A stretch of DNA of 64,000 bases from an uncultured Methylophilus sp. (GTDB lineage: Bacteria; Pseudomonadota; Gammaproteobacteria; Burkholderiales; Methylophilaceae), in assembly GCA_966248215.1 (NCBI GenBank), contig CBIMYT010000007.1:26167-90166 (forward strand), written 5' to 3'. Below the pieces are notes generated by a model. That model was not told where the DNA came from and made no database searches. It worked only from the letters and a program-made list of their open reading frames with translations. The translations under genes were made by a program, and so were the position numbers. Positions within the stretch are counted from its first letter, which is position 1. Each line of letters starts with the position of its first letter. Shown in pieces: positions 34,960 through 46,197 of this stretch.

Positions 34960-35565
34960 ATGAACGTATCACAAGCCATACAAGAGCGTCGCTCCATTAA
35001 AGCCTATGATCCCAGTCACCGCATGACAGAGGCTGAAATCCAGCAACTGCTGTCGTTAGCCATGCTGGCCCCTACTGCCTTCAATATCCAGCACTGGCGC
35101 TTTGTAGTGGTGACCGATCCGGTGTTGCGTCATCAGATTCGAGCTGTCAGCTGGAACCAGGCACAGGTCACTGATGCCTCATTACTGATTGTGCTGACTG
35201 CTGACCTGAAAGCCTGGGAAAAAGACCCGGCCCGCTACTGGGTCAACGCCCCACAGCAAGTGGGTGAATACCTGGTGAATGCCATTCACGACTATTACAC
35301 CGACCATGAACAGGCCCAGCGCGACGAAGGCATGCGCTCCGGCGGCATGGCAGCGATGACGCTGATGCTGGCAGCCAAGGAAATGGGCTACGACACCTGC
35401 CCCATGGACGGCTTCGACTTTGATGCTGTGGCCAAACTGATTAATTTGCCCGCAGACCATACCCCGGTCATGTTTGTGGTGGTGGGCAAAGCCATGGAAG
35501 AAGCTAAAGCCCGTGGCGGCCAGTTGCCCATGAACGAAGTCGTGGTTTATAACCGGTTTGAGTAA
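34960..35565 (+). CDS. Nitroreductase family protein
   Basis: RRSIKAY near the N-terminus plus the APTAFNIQHWRF motif. ATG at 34960 preferred over the TTG at 34948. Confidence 0.8.
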   Translation: MNVSQAIQERRSIKAYDPSHRMTEAEIQQLLSLAMLAPTAFNIQHWRFVVVTDPVLRHQIRAVSWNQAQVTDASLLIVLTADLKAWEKDPARYWVNAPQQVGEYLVNAIHDYYTDHEQAQRDEGMRSGGMAAMTLMLAAKEMGYDTCPMDGFDFDAVAKLINLPADHTPVMFVVVGKAMEEAKARGGQLPMNEVVVYNRFE

Positions 35566-35621
35566 TAGCGCGCCTGCTTTCAAGCGCGCATTTCTGTTAA
35601 TTACTGATTGAGAGTTCTTGC

Positions 35622-37217
35622 ATGTTAATTGCAAACAATATCACCATGCAGTTCGGCGCCAAGCCGCTGTTTGAAAATATCACCGTTAAATTTGGGGATG
35701 CCAACCGTTATGGCCTGATCGGCGCCAACGGTTGCGGCAAATCCACCTTTATGAAAATCCTGGCCGGTGTGCTGGAACCATCCAGCGGCAACGTCACCAT
35801 TGATACCAATGAGCGCATGGCATTCCTGAAACAGGATCAGTTTGCCTACGAAGACCAGCGTGTGCTGGATGTGGTCATGATGGGCCACGAACAGATGTGG
35901 GCCGCCATGCAGGAGCGCGATGCGATTTACGCCAACCTGGAAGCGACTGAAGATGACTACATGCGCGCTGCCGAACTGGAAACCGTGTTTGCAGAATATG
36001 ATGGCTATACCGCTGAATCCCGTGCCGGTGAATTGCTATTGGGCGTGGGTATTCCGACCGAACAGCATACCGGTCTCATGAGTGCGGTAGCGCCGGGCTG
36101 GAAACTGCGGGTATTGCTGGCACAGGCCCTGTTCGCCAATCCGGATATCCTGCTGCTGGACGAACCGACCAACAACCTGGACATTAACACCATCCGCTGG
36201 CTGGAAGATGTGCTGAACAACCGTAATTGCACCATGATTATCATCTCGCATGACCGTCACTTCCTGAACCAGGTCTGTACCCATACCTGCGATATGGATT
36301 ACGGCACCCTGAAGGTCTATCCAGGCAATTACGACGACTATATGGAAGCCGCACAAGCTGCCCGCGCCCAGGCCGCCAAGGATAACCAGCGCGCAAAGGA
36401 TAAAGTAGCCGAACTGCAGGAATTTGTGCGCCGCTTCTCGGCCAACAAATCCAAAGCCAAGCAGGCGACCAGCCGCATGAAGATGATAGATAAGATCAAG
36501 ATCGAGGAATTTAAACCTTCCAGCCGCCAGTATCCGTTTATCCGCTTCGAGTTTGACGACAGGGAAAAACTGCATCGTAATGCACTGGAAGTGGAGCATT
36601 TAACTCACGGCTACGACCATCCGCTGTTCAAGGATTTCAATATCATTATCGAAGCAGGTGAGAAGGTCGCCATTATCGGTGAAAACGGTATTGGTAAAAC
36701 CACCCTGCTCCGTACCCTGGCTGGCGATCTGGCACCTAATAAAGGCCAGGTCAAATGGGCGGAAAAAGCCAAACTCGGCTATTTTGCCCAGGACCATGAG
36801 TACGAGTTCGAACAGGGCGAACCGCTGTTTGAGTGGATGACACAGTTCACCCAGGAAGGTGACGACGACCAGGCTGTGCGCAGCATGCTGGGACGTTTGC
36901 TGTTCAGTGGCGAAGAAACCAGGAAATCCGTCAAGGTGCTGTCAGGTGGCGAAAAAGGCCGCATGCTGTATGGCAAACTGATGCTGGCTCGTACCAATGT
37001 GCTGCTGATGGATGAACCGACCAACCATATGGACATGGAATCCATCGAAGCGCTGAACACCGCACTGGACCGTTATAAAGGAACGCTGCTTTTTGTCAGC
37101 CATGACCGTGAGTTCGTCAGTTCGCTGGCAACCCGCATTCTGGAAATCAAACCGGATGGCATCATTGATTATCGCGGCAATTACGAGGATTACCTCTCCA
37201 GCCAGGGTATCGAATAA
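35622..37217 (+). CDS. ybiT: ABC-F family ATPase, YbiT-like
   Basis: Two ABC cassettes ([18 protein letters not shown], two LSGGE signatures) and no TM domain. Colinear with E. coli YbiT from MLxxNNxTMQFGxKPLFEN to [12 protein letters not shown]. Confidence 0.85.
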   Translation: MLIANNITMQFGAKPLFENITVKFGDANRYGLIGANGCGKSTFMKILAGVLEPSSGNVTIDTNERMAFLKQDQFAYEDQRVLDVVMMGHEQMWAAMQERDAIYANLEATEDDYMRAAELETVFAEYDGYTAESRAGELLLGVGIPTEQHTGLMSAVAPGWKLRVLLAQALFANPDILLLDEPTNNLDINTIRWLEDVLNNRNCTMIIISHDRHFLNQVCTHTCDMDYGTLKVYPGNYDDYMEAAQAARAQAAKDNQRAKDKVAELQEFVRRFSANKSKAKQATSRMKMIDKIKIEEFKPSSRQYPFIRFEFDDREKLHRNALEVEHLTHGYDHPLFKDFNIIIEAGEKVAIIGENGIGKTTLLRTLAGDLAPNKGQVKWAEKAKLGYFAQDHEYEFEQGEPLFEWMTQFTQEGDDDQAVRSMLGRLLFSGEETRKSVKVLSGGEKGRMLYGKLMLARTNVLLMDEPTNHMDMESIEALNTALDRYKGTLLFVSHDREFVSSLATRILEIKPDGIIDYRGNYEDYLSSQGIE

Positions 37218-37285
37218 ACCGATACATTCCGATACATAGCATCGCCGTCCTGACAAACACCCGATACATTCGGGTGTTTAAATGT

Positions 37286-37309
37286 CAACATTGCAATTTC
37301 GCAATGTTG
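37286..37309. promoter_or_regulatory. Perfect 9-6-9 palindrome CAACATTGC-AATTTC-GCAATGTTG just upstream of the CpxP-like gene
   Basis: Read directly from the sequence. It ends 13 nt before the ATG at 37323. Candidate operator or 5-prime UTR hairpin. Confidence 0.35.
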
Positions 37310-37322
37310 ATTGAAAGGATAC

Positions 37323-37781
37323 ATGATGAAACTGAAAAAACTGGCAATCGCAGGCGCGTTGATTTTAATGTCCGGAACTGCTTTTGCAGGTCAGGGGCAT
37401 GCTTGTAACAAAGGTCATTTTGATAAAGCCAAATGGCAGGAACACAAACAGGAATTCTTCCAGCAGCGTCAGGAACGACTGCACACCGTGTTGCAACTGA
37501 CAACAGCACAGGAAGGCGCCTGGAAATCCTATCAGGACCAGATCAAACCGCAAGCAAAAACAGAGCAGCCGGATCATAAGGCTTTTGCCAAACTGACTAC
37601 TCTGGAGCGCCTGGATAAAATGGAGGCCTGGGACAAGGCACGTGATGCCCGTGCAGCACAACGCTCCAAAGCGATTCGTACGTTCTATGCGCAACTGAAC
37701 GATGCCCAGAAAAAAGTATTTGATGAAAATGCTTTCCCACATCGAGGCCATCGCGGCCATGGCAACCAGCACCATAAATAA
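37323..37781 (+). CDS. Periplasmic Spy/CpxP-family (LTxxQ motif) protein
   Basis: Signal peptide ending AFA, two LTxxQ-type motifs (LQLTTAQEGAW, QLNDAQKKVF) and a His-rich tail. Sits upstream of a two-component pair. Confidence 0.6.
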   Translation: MMKLKKLAIAGALILMSGTAFAGQGHACNKGHFDKAKWQEHKQEFFQQRQERLHTVLQLTTAQEGAWKSYQDQIKPQAKTEQPDHKAFAKLTTLERLDKMEAWDKARDARAAQRSKAIRTFYAQLNDAQKKVFDENAFPHRGHRGHGNQHHK

Positions 37782-37806
37782 ACCATCTCTGGTTTAAGCG
37801 ACAAAA

Positions 37807-37828
37807 CCGGCCACCATGGCCGGTTTTT
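37807..37828 (+). terminator. Rho-independent terminator after the CpxP-like gene
   Basis: CCGGCCA(37807-37813)/TGGCCGG(37817-37823) followed by a T5 run. Confidence 0.65.
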
Positions 37829-37876
37829 GTGCTCCAATATGGACTTTTCTTTTAGCTATCCGTTGAGAACACAGGA

Positions 37877-38641
37877 ATGACTGAGACCAACCACGATACC
37901 CATGTGCTGGTAGTAGATGATGACGATGCCATTCGCGACCTGCTTTGTGATTTTCTGCACGAGAATCAACTCAGTACGCAACAAGCCGCCAATCATGCAC
38001 AGATGTGGCAGGCCTTGCAGCAACAACTGCCGGATGTGGTGATCCTCGATATCAATATGCCGCAGCGCAATGGCATTGAGTTATGCCGGGAACTGCGTGA
38101 GTCGCCTGCATACCACCGCATCCCCATCATTATGCTGACAGCCCGTACCAGTTCGCTGGATACTATTATGGGGCTGGAAACCGGTGCAGATGACTATGTA
38201 GCCAAACCTTTTGAACCGCTGGAGCTGCTTTCCCGTATCCGCAGCGTGGTTCGTCGTAGTCGAATGTCTGCAGATATCGCGGGCAATCACGCCCAGCAAG
38301 AGGTCAACAATGATATTGTGCGCTATATCGCCTTTAATGACTGGACACTGGATATCCAGAACCGCACACTGATTGATAAAAGCAATCTCGGTATTGCGCT
38401 GTCGAATGCAGAATTCAAGTTTTTACGTTTCATGCTGCTGCATGCCAATCGCGCGCTTAGTCGCGATCAGCTGATGGAAGAAATGCATGGTCGCGAAGCC
38501 GGCCCCTTTGACCGTTCCATCGATCTGCAGATCAGCAGACTCAGGCAGAAAATCGAAGTCGACAGCAAAAATCCTTCCATTATCAAAACGTTGCGCAACG
38601 AAGGCTATTTGCTCACAGCCGATGTGCGCTATCTCCAATAA
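37877..38641 (+). CDS. OmpR/PhoB-family response regulator
   Basis: Receiver domain (VLVVDDD, phosphoacceptor D in VILDINMP, KPF) plus a winged-helix output domain (LSNAEFKFLRFM ... TLRNEGYLL). Confidence 0.9.
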   Translation: MTETNHDTHVLVVDDDDAIRDLLCDFLHENQLSTQQAANHAQMWQALQQQLPDVVILDINMPQRNGIELCRELRESPAYHRIPIIMLTARTSSLDTIMGLETGADDYVAKPFEPLELLSRIRSVVRRSRMSADIAGNHAQQEVNNDIVRYIAFNDWTLDIQNRTLIDKSNLGIALSNAEFKFLRFMLLHANRALSRDQLMEEMHGREAGPFDRSIDLQISRLRQKIEVDSKNPSIIKTLRNEGYLLTADVRYLQ

Positions 38642-38653
38642 GGAAAACCGGGC

Positions 38654-40039
38654 ATGTTAAAAAGATTGCTGGGCGCCATGTCGGTGCGGATTTTCCTGAT
38701 TACCGCCATCGGCATCCTGCTGACGGCTGCGGTGGTCAATATGCTGGGGCAGCGCGACTCGCGGGAAAACGAATCCCAGCTAAGGGACCAGTTCGTCTTT
38801 GACCGCATTGAAAGCATTATTCGCATTCTGGAAGTCACCGTTCCCGAAAAGCGCTCGGAAATTCAGGATGTGTTCAAACGCATGGGCAGCTCCATGCAGC
38901 TGAATGTAACCCCGCCCAGCCACACGCCCCCGCTGCCGGTTGAATTAAGCCATCTGAATGAACTGCTGGTTCCCGAGATTGCAGACAGTGTCAGCATTAC
39001 TCACGCTGCCAATTGCATACAACGCAAGGGAGCATCTCCCGCCCGGCCAGCAAAATCAGAATCCTCGCAGTCCCGCAGCCGAAGTTATTGCCTGATGGTA
39101 TATACCCATCTGCAAGACAGCACGCCGGTATTGATTCAATTACGTTACGGCGGGCATCGTCCTCCTGCCCACCCACCTGCCGAACGCAGTCCGTTAACCA
39201 TTTTTCTGGTGCTGCTGGGCTTGATCACGATTATCTGGGTGGTTGCTTCTGTCGCCACCCAGCCTTTACGCAAGCTGGCCAATGCTGCCTTGCAACTCGC
39301 TCGTAATATTGAACATCCACCGTTACCGGAAAACGAAGGCTCTACCGAAGTACGGCATGCCGCCAAAGCATTTAATGAAATGCAGCGCAGCATCGTTAAT
39401 CAGGTGCAGGAACGTGGCTTTATCCTGGGCGCCATTGCACACGACCTGCAAACACCACTCACGCGCCTGCGCCTGCGCCTGGAAAAAGTCAAAGATCCAG
39501 AACTTAAACAAAACCTGGTCAATGACCTGACTGCCACCCAGGAAATGGTGCGTGAAGGCCTGGACTTTGCCCGCCTGTGCAGCGAGCACATTGATAAAAA
39601 CCGCATAGACCTGGCCGCACTGGCAACTGCCATCTGCGACGACTTTGAAGAAGCAGGTCATCCTGTCCACAAAACATTGCCCGCTACGCCGGTCACTGTC
39701 ATGGGATCAGCTCATTTACTGACGCGCTGCCTGAACAACCTGCTGGGAAATGCCATCAGTTATGCGCAGTCCCCGGCACTCACGCTGGAACTCAGGGACA
39801 ATAATATCCTGTGCACGATTGCTGATGATGGCCCTGGCATCCCCGAGCAGGAACTTGAGTCAGTACTGGAACCCTTCCGCCGCGTAGAAGACTCGCGCTC
39901 GCGTCAGACAGGCGGCACTGGCCTGGGCTTGTCCATCGCGCGCATGATTGTGGAAAAACATGGTGGCCGCATGAGCCTGAGCAATAAACCCACACCGGCT
40001 TCCGGCTTGGTGATTCGCATCGAGTTGCCAGTCAGCTAA
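38654..40039 (+). CDS. Sensor histidine kinase
   Basis: Two TM helices, HAMP-like linker, H-box GAIAHDLQTPLT, N-box LLGNAISY and G-box DDGPGIP ... GTGLGLSI. Confidence 0.9.
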   Translation: MLKRLLGAMSVRIFLITAIGILLTAAVVNMLGQRDSRENESQLRDQFVFDRIESIIRILEVTVPEKRSEIQDVFKRMGSSMQLNVTPPSHTPPLPVELSHLNELLVPEIADSVSITHAANCIQRKGASPARPAKSESSQSRSRSYCLMVYTHLQDSTPVLIQLRYGGHRPPAHPPAERSPLTIFLVLLGLITIIWVVASVATQPLRKLANAALQLARNIEHPPLPENEGSTEVRHAAKAFNEMQRSIVNQVQERGFILGAIAHDLQTPLTRLRLRLEKVKDPELKQNLVNDLTATQEMVREGLDFARLCSEHIDKNRIDLAALATAICDDFEEAGHPVHKTLPATPVTVMGSAHLLTRCLNNLLGNAISYAQSPALTLELRDNNILCTIADDGPGIPEQELESVLEPFRRVEDSRSRQTGGTGLGLSIARMIVEKHGGRMSLSNKPTPASGLVIRIELPVS

Positions 40040-40142
40040 ATATGCGATATTAATTTTCATATTGATGTTCATCACTGTCACAGTGTAGACTAGCGCCCTT
40101 GCCAGCTAATCGTCAGCAGATAATTGCCGGCAAACCAGAACA

Positions 40143-40233
40143 GGAGAAGTGGCAGAGCTGGTTGAATGTACCTGACTCGAAATCAGGCATACGTGAAAGC
40201 GTATCGGGGGTTCGAATCCCCCCTTCTCCGCCA
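40143..40233 (+). tRNA. tRNA-Ser (anticodon CGA)
   Basis: 91 nt. Acceptor GGAGAAG/CTTCTCC plus G-CCA, anticodon arm CCTGA-CTCGAAA-TCAGG, long variable arm, T-arm GGGGG-TTCGAAT-CCCCC. Folded by eye. Confidence 0.9.
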
Positions 40234-40448
40234 GGATTTCCAAGTGATCAATTCCTGATCATCCATAGACTCATAGAAGCCGCAGTGTTGCACTCCACTG
40301 TTACACAAAGGTTTTTCTTGCGATAACAAATTGTCGCAATCCAGTTACCAAATACGGTTCCTCAGCCCGCCATATTCCAGGCGCTTATTAATTTCTATTC
40401 AGTAAAACGTAAACTTCTCATGTGATAAATACATAGGAATGACAGGCA

Positions 40449-41063
40449 TTATGAGATTTTTCGTCGGGAAAAAATGACGGGAATACCCAAGGCAAAACAG
40501 AGTAATGCGGAAGGTTCGGGCACGGGGGCGATGCGCGCAGTTAAAGGTTGACTGGAGATAAGGAAATGCCTGCTTTCAAGTATGTCTCCATTGGCTTCAT
40601 ATGGTGGGCCGCAAAAACCCTCTCTGCAATTAAATCCGCTATAAATAGTTCGCGACAAGTCCGCTCCCCATAACAATGTGGCGTTTGACCCGGCCACGAA
40701 TGAACCGGGTAACTCAAGAAAGAATGAATAATCCTGTTCAAAATATTTCCCGCTACCACCAATTGCTGCAGAGTGATAGTCAAAAGTCGCTTTAACAGGA
40801 TTCACAGAAGAAGTATTCAAGTGGTTAATATTAAATGCATAGCCAAAGGTGCCGGGATCAAACATAGGATCTGAACTGAACTTAATATCTACATTTGAGA
40901 ATTGCCGAGACGCTGAGTCAAATATGAACGAGCCTTGTAACCAGTCTTGTTCAAAATCCAGATATTTCGCTTCTAGAATTTCGACCTTGAATTGAGCACT
41001 GTTTGAAGTCGAGGAAATGACACTAAGAAAAATGCAAAGGATAACTTTAAGATAGCTGATCAT
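40449..41063 (-). CDS. PEP-CTERM sorting-signal exported protein
   Basis: N-terminal signal peptide. The C-terminus VPEPSALLCFALGIPVIFSRRKIS gives the PEP motif, a TM helix and a basic tail. The gene is visibly A+T-richer than its neighbours. Confidence 0.8.
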   Translation of the reverse strand: MISYLKVILCIFLSVISSTSNSAQFKVEILEAKYLDFEQDWLQGSFIFDSASRQFSNVDIKFSSDPMFDPGTFGYAFNINHLNTSSVNPVKATFDYHSAAIGGSGKYFEQDYSFFLELPGSFVAGSNATLLWGADLSRTIYSGFNCREGFCGPPYEANGDILESRHFLISSQPLTARIAPVPEPSALLCFALGIPVIFSRRKIS

Positions 41064-41249
41064 TGGCCTTCTCCACGTGATTAAATCTGTAGCGGTATGC
41101 CCAATTCAGTGCTGCTTATCCGGATTAACGTAACCGGGCTGTTGATAGGTTAGACCTTCGTTGTTACCAATAGACCATTTAGATCATCCAGATTGTTGGA
41201 TGTTAAGAAAATCAAATAGTTTCCGCTACTTACTTCTCCTTCGGGCAAT

Positions 41250-41270
41250 AAAAAAACGCCCAAAGGCGTT
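41250..41270 (-). terminator. Rho-independent terminator of the phosphoribosyltransferase gene
   Basis: AACGCC/GGCGTT hairpin (41255-41270), followed on the minus strand by a U-run (A-run 41250-41256 on plus). Confidence 0.6.
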
Positions 41271-41286
41271 TTCCTATTTATCTGGG

Positions 41287-41838
41287 TCAATCTTCCCGCA
41301 ACGCCCGGATTTCCGGCAAGTTGCGCCACCAGCCATAAACATCCATTCCGCAACCAAACACATAGCGGTTCGGGACAATTAATCCAACCACATCGGCCTC
41401 CAGCGGCTTCTGCAAACCATTGTCCTTTTCACTGAGTACTGCAGTAAATACCTGTTTGGCGCCAGCCTGCTGGCAATGACGCACGACTTCAGCCAGCGTG
41501 ATGCCTTCATCGAGGATATCATCCAGCACCACCACGGTCTGGCCTGCCAGTTCCAGCTCCGGTAGTTTGGCCCAGGTAATTTCGCTGCCGCTTGTACCGT
41601 GATAACGATTGGCTTGCAGATAATCCAGCCGTGCCGGTACTTGCAGCCTGTGCATCAATTGCCCGGCCAGGTAGGTGCCGCCGCGCATCACGCATAGCAG
41701 GACCACTGGCTGGCCAGATAATTTTTCCTGCAACACACTGGCCATGCGATCCAGCGCCTGCTCTACCTGCGGGGTAGAGAAAATGACATCAGACTGCGAT
41801 AGCCAGTGATCAGGAAGTCGGGTATGTGGATCGGTCAT
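41287..41838 (-). CDS. hpt: Hypoxanthine/guanine phosphoribosyltransferase-family protein
   Basis: PRPP-binding motif VVVLDDILDEGITL, 183 aa, C-terminal FGCGMD-type region. Confidence 0.75.
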   Translation of the reverse strand: MTDPHTRLPDHWLSQSDVIFSTPQVEQALDRMASVLQEKLSGQPVVLLCVMRGGTYLAGQLMHRLQVPARLDYLQANRYHGTSGSEITWAKLPELELAGQTVVVLDDILDEGITLAEVVRHCQQAGAKQVFTAVLSEKDNGLQKPLEADVVGLIVPNRYVFGCGMDVYGWWRNLPEIRALRED

Positions 41839-41849
41839 GATCTGATCTA

Positions 41850-42719
41850 TCAGAGTTGCAGGGTTTTCAGGTAGTCTTTGAAGCTGCTTGCAATCTCCGG
41901 ATGTTGCAAGCCCAGCTCAACGTTAGCCTGCATGAAACCCAGCTTGCAACCGCAATCATAACGCTTGCCCTTGTAGCGATAGGCTTTCACTTTTTCATAT
42001 TTCATCAGGGCGGAAATACCGTCAGTCAGCTGGATTTCCCCGCCTTTGCCAGGTTGAACATGCTCCAGGCAGTCAAAAATACGCGGCGTTAATATATACC
42101 GGCCGACCACGGCCAGGTTGGAAGGCGCTTCTTCCGGTTTTGGTTTTTCCACCATGCCTTTCACTTCCAGCAGGTCGTCGGATTCAGGCACGGCATCCAC
42201 TACACCATAGCTGCTGGTTTCTTCAGGCGCAACGGTTTCAATGCCGAGGATGGAGCATTGATGTTGCTCATAGACATCCACCATTTGCTTGGTAATGGAA
42301 ACATCTCCGCATAACAGGTCATCCGCAAGCAATACCGCAAACGGCTCATCACCCACGACAGGCTTGGCGCACAATACGGCATGCCCAAGTCCCAGCGCCT
42401 GGGACTGGCGGATAAAGATGCAACTGACTTCCTTGGGCAGAATACTGTGCACGACATTCAGCAGCTTCTGTTTATTGGCCGCTTCCAGTTCAGACTCCAG
42501 CTCGTAAGCTTTGTCAAAATGATCTTCAATGGAACGCTTGTTACGGCCGGTAATAAAAATCAGCTCGGTGGCACCTGCTGCAATGGCTTCTTCTACCGCA
42601 TACTGAATCAGTGGTTTATCAACGACAGGCAACATCTCTTTTGGGCTGGCCTTAGTGGCAGGTAAAAAACGGGTACCTAATCCGGCTACCGGAAAGACTG
42701 CTTTTGTAATTTTTTTCAT
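41850..42719 (-). CDS. galU: UTP--glucose-1-phosphate uridylyltransferase
   Basis: [34 protein letters not shown], 289 aa. Confidence 0.95.
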   Translation of the reverse strand: MKKITKAVFPVAGLGTRFLPATKASPKEMLPVVDKPLIQYAVEEAIAAGATELIFITGRNKRSIEDHFDKAYELESELEAANKQKLLNVVHSILPKEVSCIFIRQSQALGLGHAVLCAKPVVGDEPFAVLLADDLLCGDVSITKQMVDVYEQHQCSILGIETVAPEETSSYGVVDAVPESDDLLEVKGMVEKPKPEEAPSNLAVVGRYILTPRIFDCLEHVQPGKGGEIQLTDGISALMKYEKVKAYRYKGKRYDCGCKLGFMQANVELGLQHPEIASSFKDYLKTLQL

Positions 42720-42859
42720 GGATGTATCCTAAATCAATGGTAGTTATCAAATCATCAACGGTTGTCAGACAGCACGCCTGCAAAATAAATTTCACTCTGC
42801 ATTGAATTTTAACAAAAGAATCACAGTGGCTATTGCATCTGCAGGCGCAATAGCCATCA

Positions 42860-44893
<2,034 letters not shown>

Positions 44894-45043
44894 AACATCA
44901 ATCTGGGAATAGTCGAGGGGTTTATTCTAAACTGTTTTCACGCCTGCGGCGCGGGATTTACAATTCTCAGGCTGCAGTCCGAACTTCCATTGACTGAACG
45001 AGTCATTTCAGCACACGCCGCCATGTTCCGAGGAGAGACTAAG

Positions 45044-46093
45044 GTGCGACTTCTGCTTTTAACTTTGATCGCTTTGCCTGCCTTGGCCGCCCACGCTTAT
45101 GACCAGCACGCGCTTATGGACGCCTATTTCGGGGTGGTCATGATACGTGGCTACAATGAAAATGGCAGCATGGCGTATGGCTCCGGTGTGGTGGTGGCTG
45201 AACATACCATCGTCACTAATTGCCATGTCTTGCGCGGAACCAGACAACCCTGGGTATCGCGCGGAGAGGAAAACTACCCGATTACCACCGTGCGCGCCGA
45301 TACCTGGCATGACCTGTGCCTGGTCAGCTCACCTACGCTCCCCTTCAAACCCGTCACACTTGGCAATAGCCATGCATTAATGCGCGGCCAGGAAATTACT
45401 GCCATCGGGCACTCCAATGGCGTTCCTGCCCCCATTACTTCGGTAGGCGAAATTCAGGGACTTTACCCGGCATCTTCCGGAAATGTCATACGCAGCAGCG
45501 CCAAATTCCTGATGGGTGCCAGTGGCAGCGGACTGTTTGACATGGAAGGCCGACTGGTCGGCATCAATACTTTCAAGACCGCTGGCCACGGTCATAGCAT
45601 CTATTTCGCATTACCCGTTGAATGGCTGGACACCCTGGAAAAAATGCCAGCCAGCAGCGAATTTCCCGTCAAAGGCCAGGCTTTATGGGAAGCAGATGAA
45701 AACAAAAAACCCTATTACATGCAGGCTGCCATTCCCGAATCACGGCAGGACTGGGCAAGTCTGGAGAAAATGAGCGCCCTGTGGACACAGCAGGAAGCCG
45801 ACAGTCCTGATGCCTGGTTCAGCCTGGGATTAGCCAGGCAGTCACTGAACCAGCTGGACGCTGCAGCAGACGCGTATCAGAAAGCGCTGACGCTGGACAG
45901 GCAATTTGCCGAGGCCTGGTTCAGACGCGGCGCAATTGCCCAGGCACTCGGAGACATTCAAACCCTGCAGTATATTGAAACGCAACTGCAGGAAATTGAT
46001 CCTTTGCTGGTTTCTGTTTATCACAATTATCTGCAGTGCGAAAAAGATTGCAGAAATCTTGATCAAACAGATGCTAAAAACCCTGCTCACTGA
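45044..46093 (+). CDS. Secreted trypsin-like (S1) serine protease fused to a C-terminal TPR region
   Basis: Signal peptide ending AHA. Catalytic residues in TNCHVL, HDLCLV and GASGSGLF. TPR-like repeats (AWFSLGLA ... AYQKAL, AEAWFRRGAIA). GTG at 45044 has AGGAG 8 nt upstream. The longest ORF starts at 44990, and an ATG lies at 45023. Confidence 0.7.
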   Translation: MRLLLLTLIALPALAAHAYDQHALMDAYFGVVMIRGYNENGSMAYGSGVVVAEHTIVTNCHVLRGTRQPWVSRGEENYPITTVRADTWHDLCLVSSPTLPFKPVTLGNSHALMRGQEITAIGHSNGVPAPITSVGEIQGLYPASSGNVIRSSAKFLMGASGSGLFDMEGRLVGINTFKTAGHGHSIYFALPVEWLDTLEKMPASSEFPVKGQALWEADENKKPYYMQAAIPESRQDWASLEKMSALWTQQEADSPDAWFSLGLARQSLNQLDAAADAYQKALTLDRQFAEAWFRRGAIAQALGDIQTLQYIETQLQEIDPLLVSVYHNYLQCEKDCRNLDQTDAKNPAH

Positions 46094-46197
46094 CTTCCAC
46101 GCCAACTGGTTTTTGCGTAAAATATTCTGTTTTCATTTTTTTCGCAGGCCTTTTCGTTCCGCCTGTTTATGCCACTACGATCAACAAGGAAGCCATC

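Noticed and set aside
40099-40326. 75-aa ORF covering tRNA-Ser, and the 77-aa ORF at 57948-58181 covering the tRNA-Asn fragment and terminator.
   Set aside because: They are read through structured RNA or att sequence, have no RBS and give low-complexity products. They are artefacts of ORF calling.
41067-41074. 8-bp match (CCTTCTCC) to the 3-prime end of tRNA-Ser, as a possible att repeat bounding the PEP-CTERM region.
   Set aside because: It is the reverse complement of the Shine-Dalgarno sequence (GGAGAAGG) of the PEP-CTERM gene. It is too short to distinguish from chance, and no integrase is present.
44894-44989. LexA/SOS box upstream of uvrB.
   Set aside because: No CTGT-N8-ACAG-type palindrome is present. 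The nearest is CTGTTTTCACGCCTGC, which lacks the second half-site.
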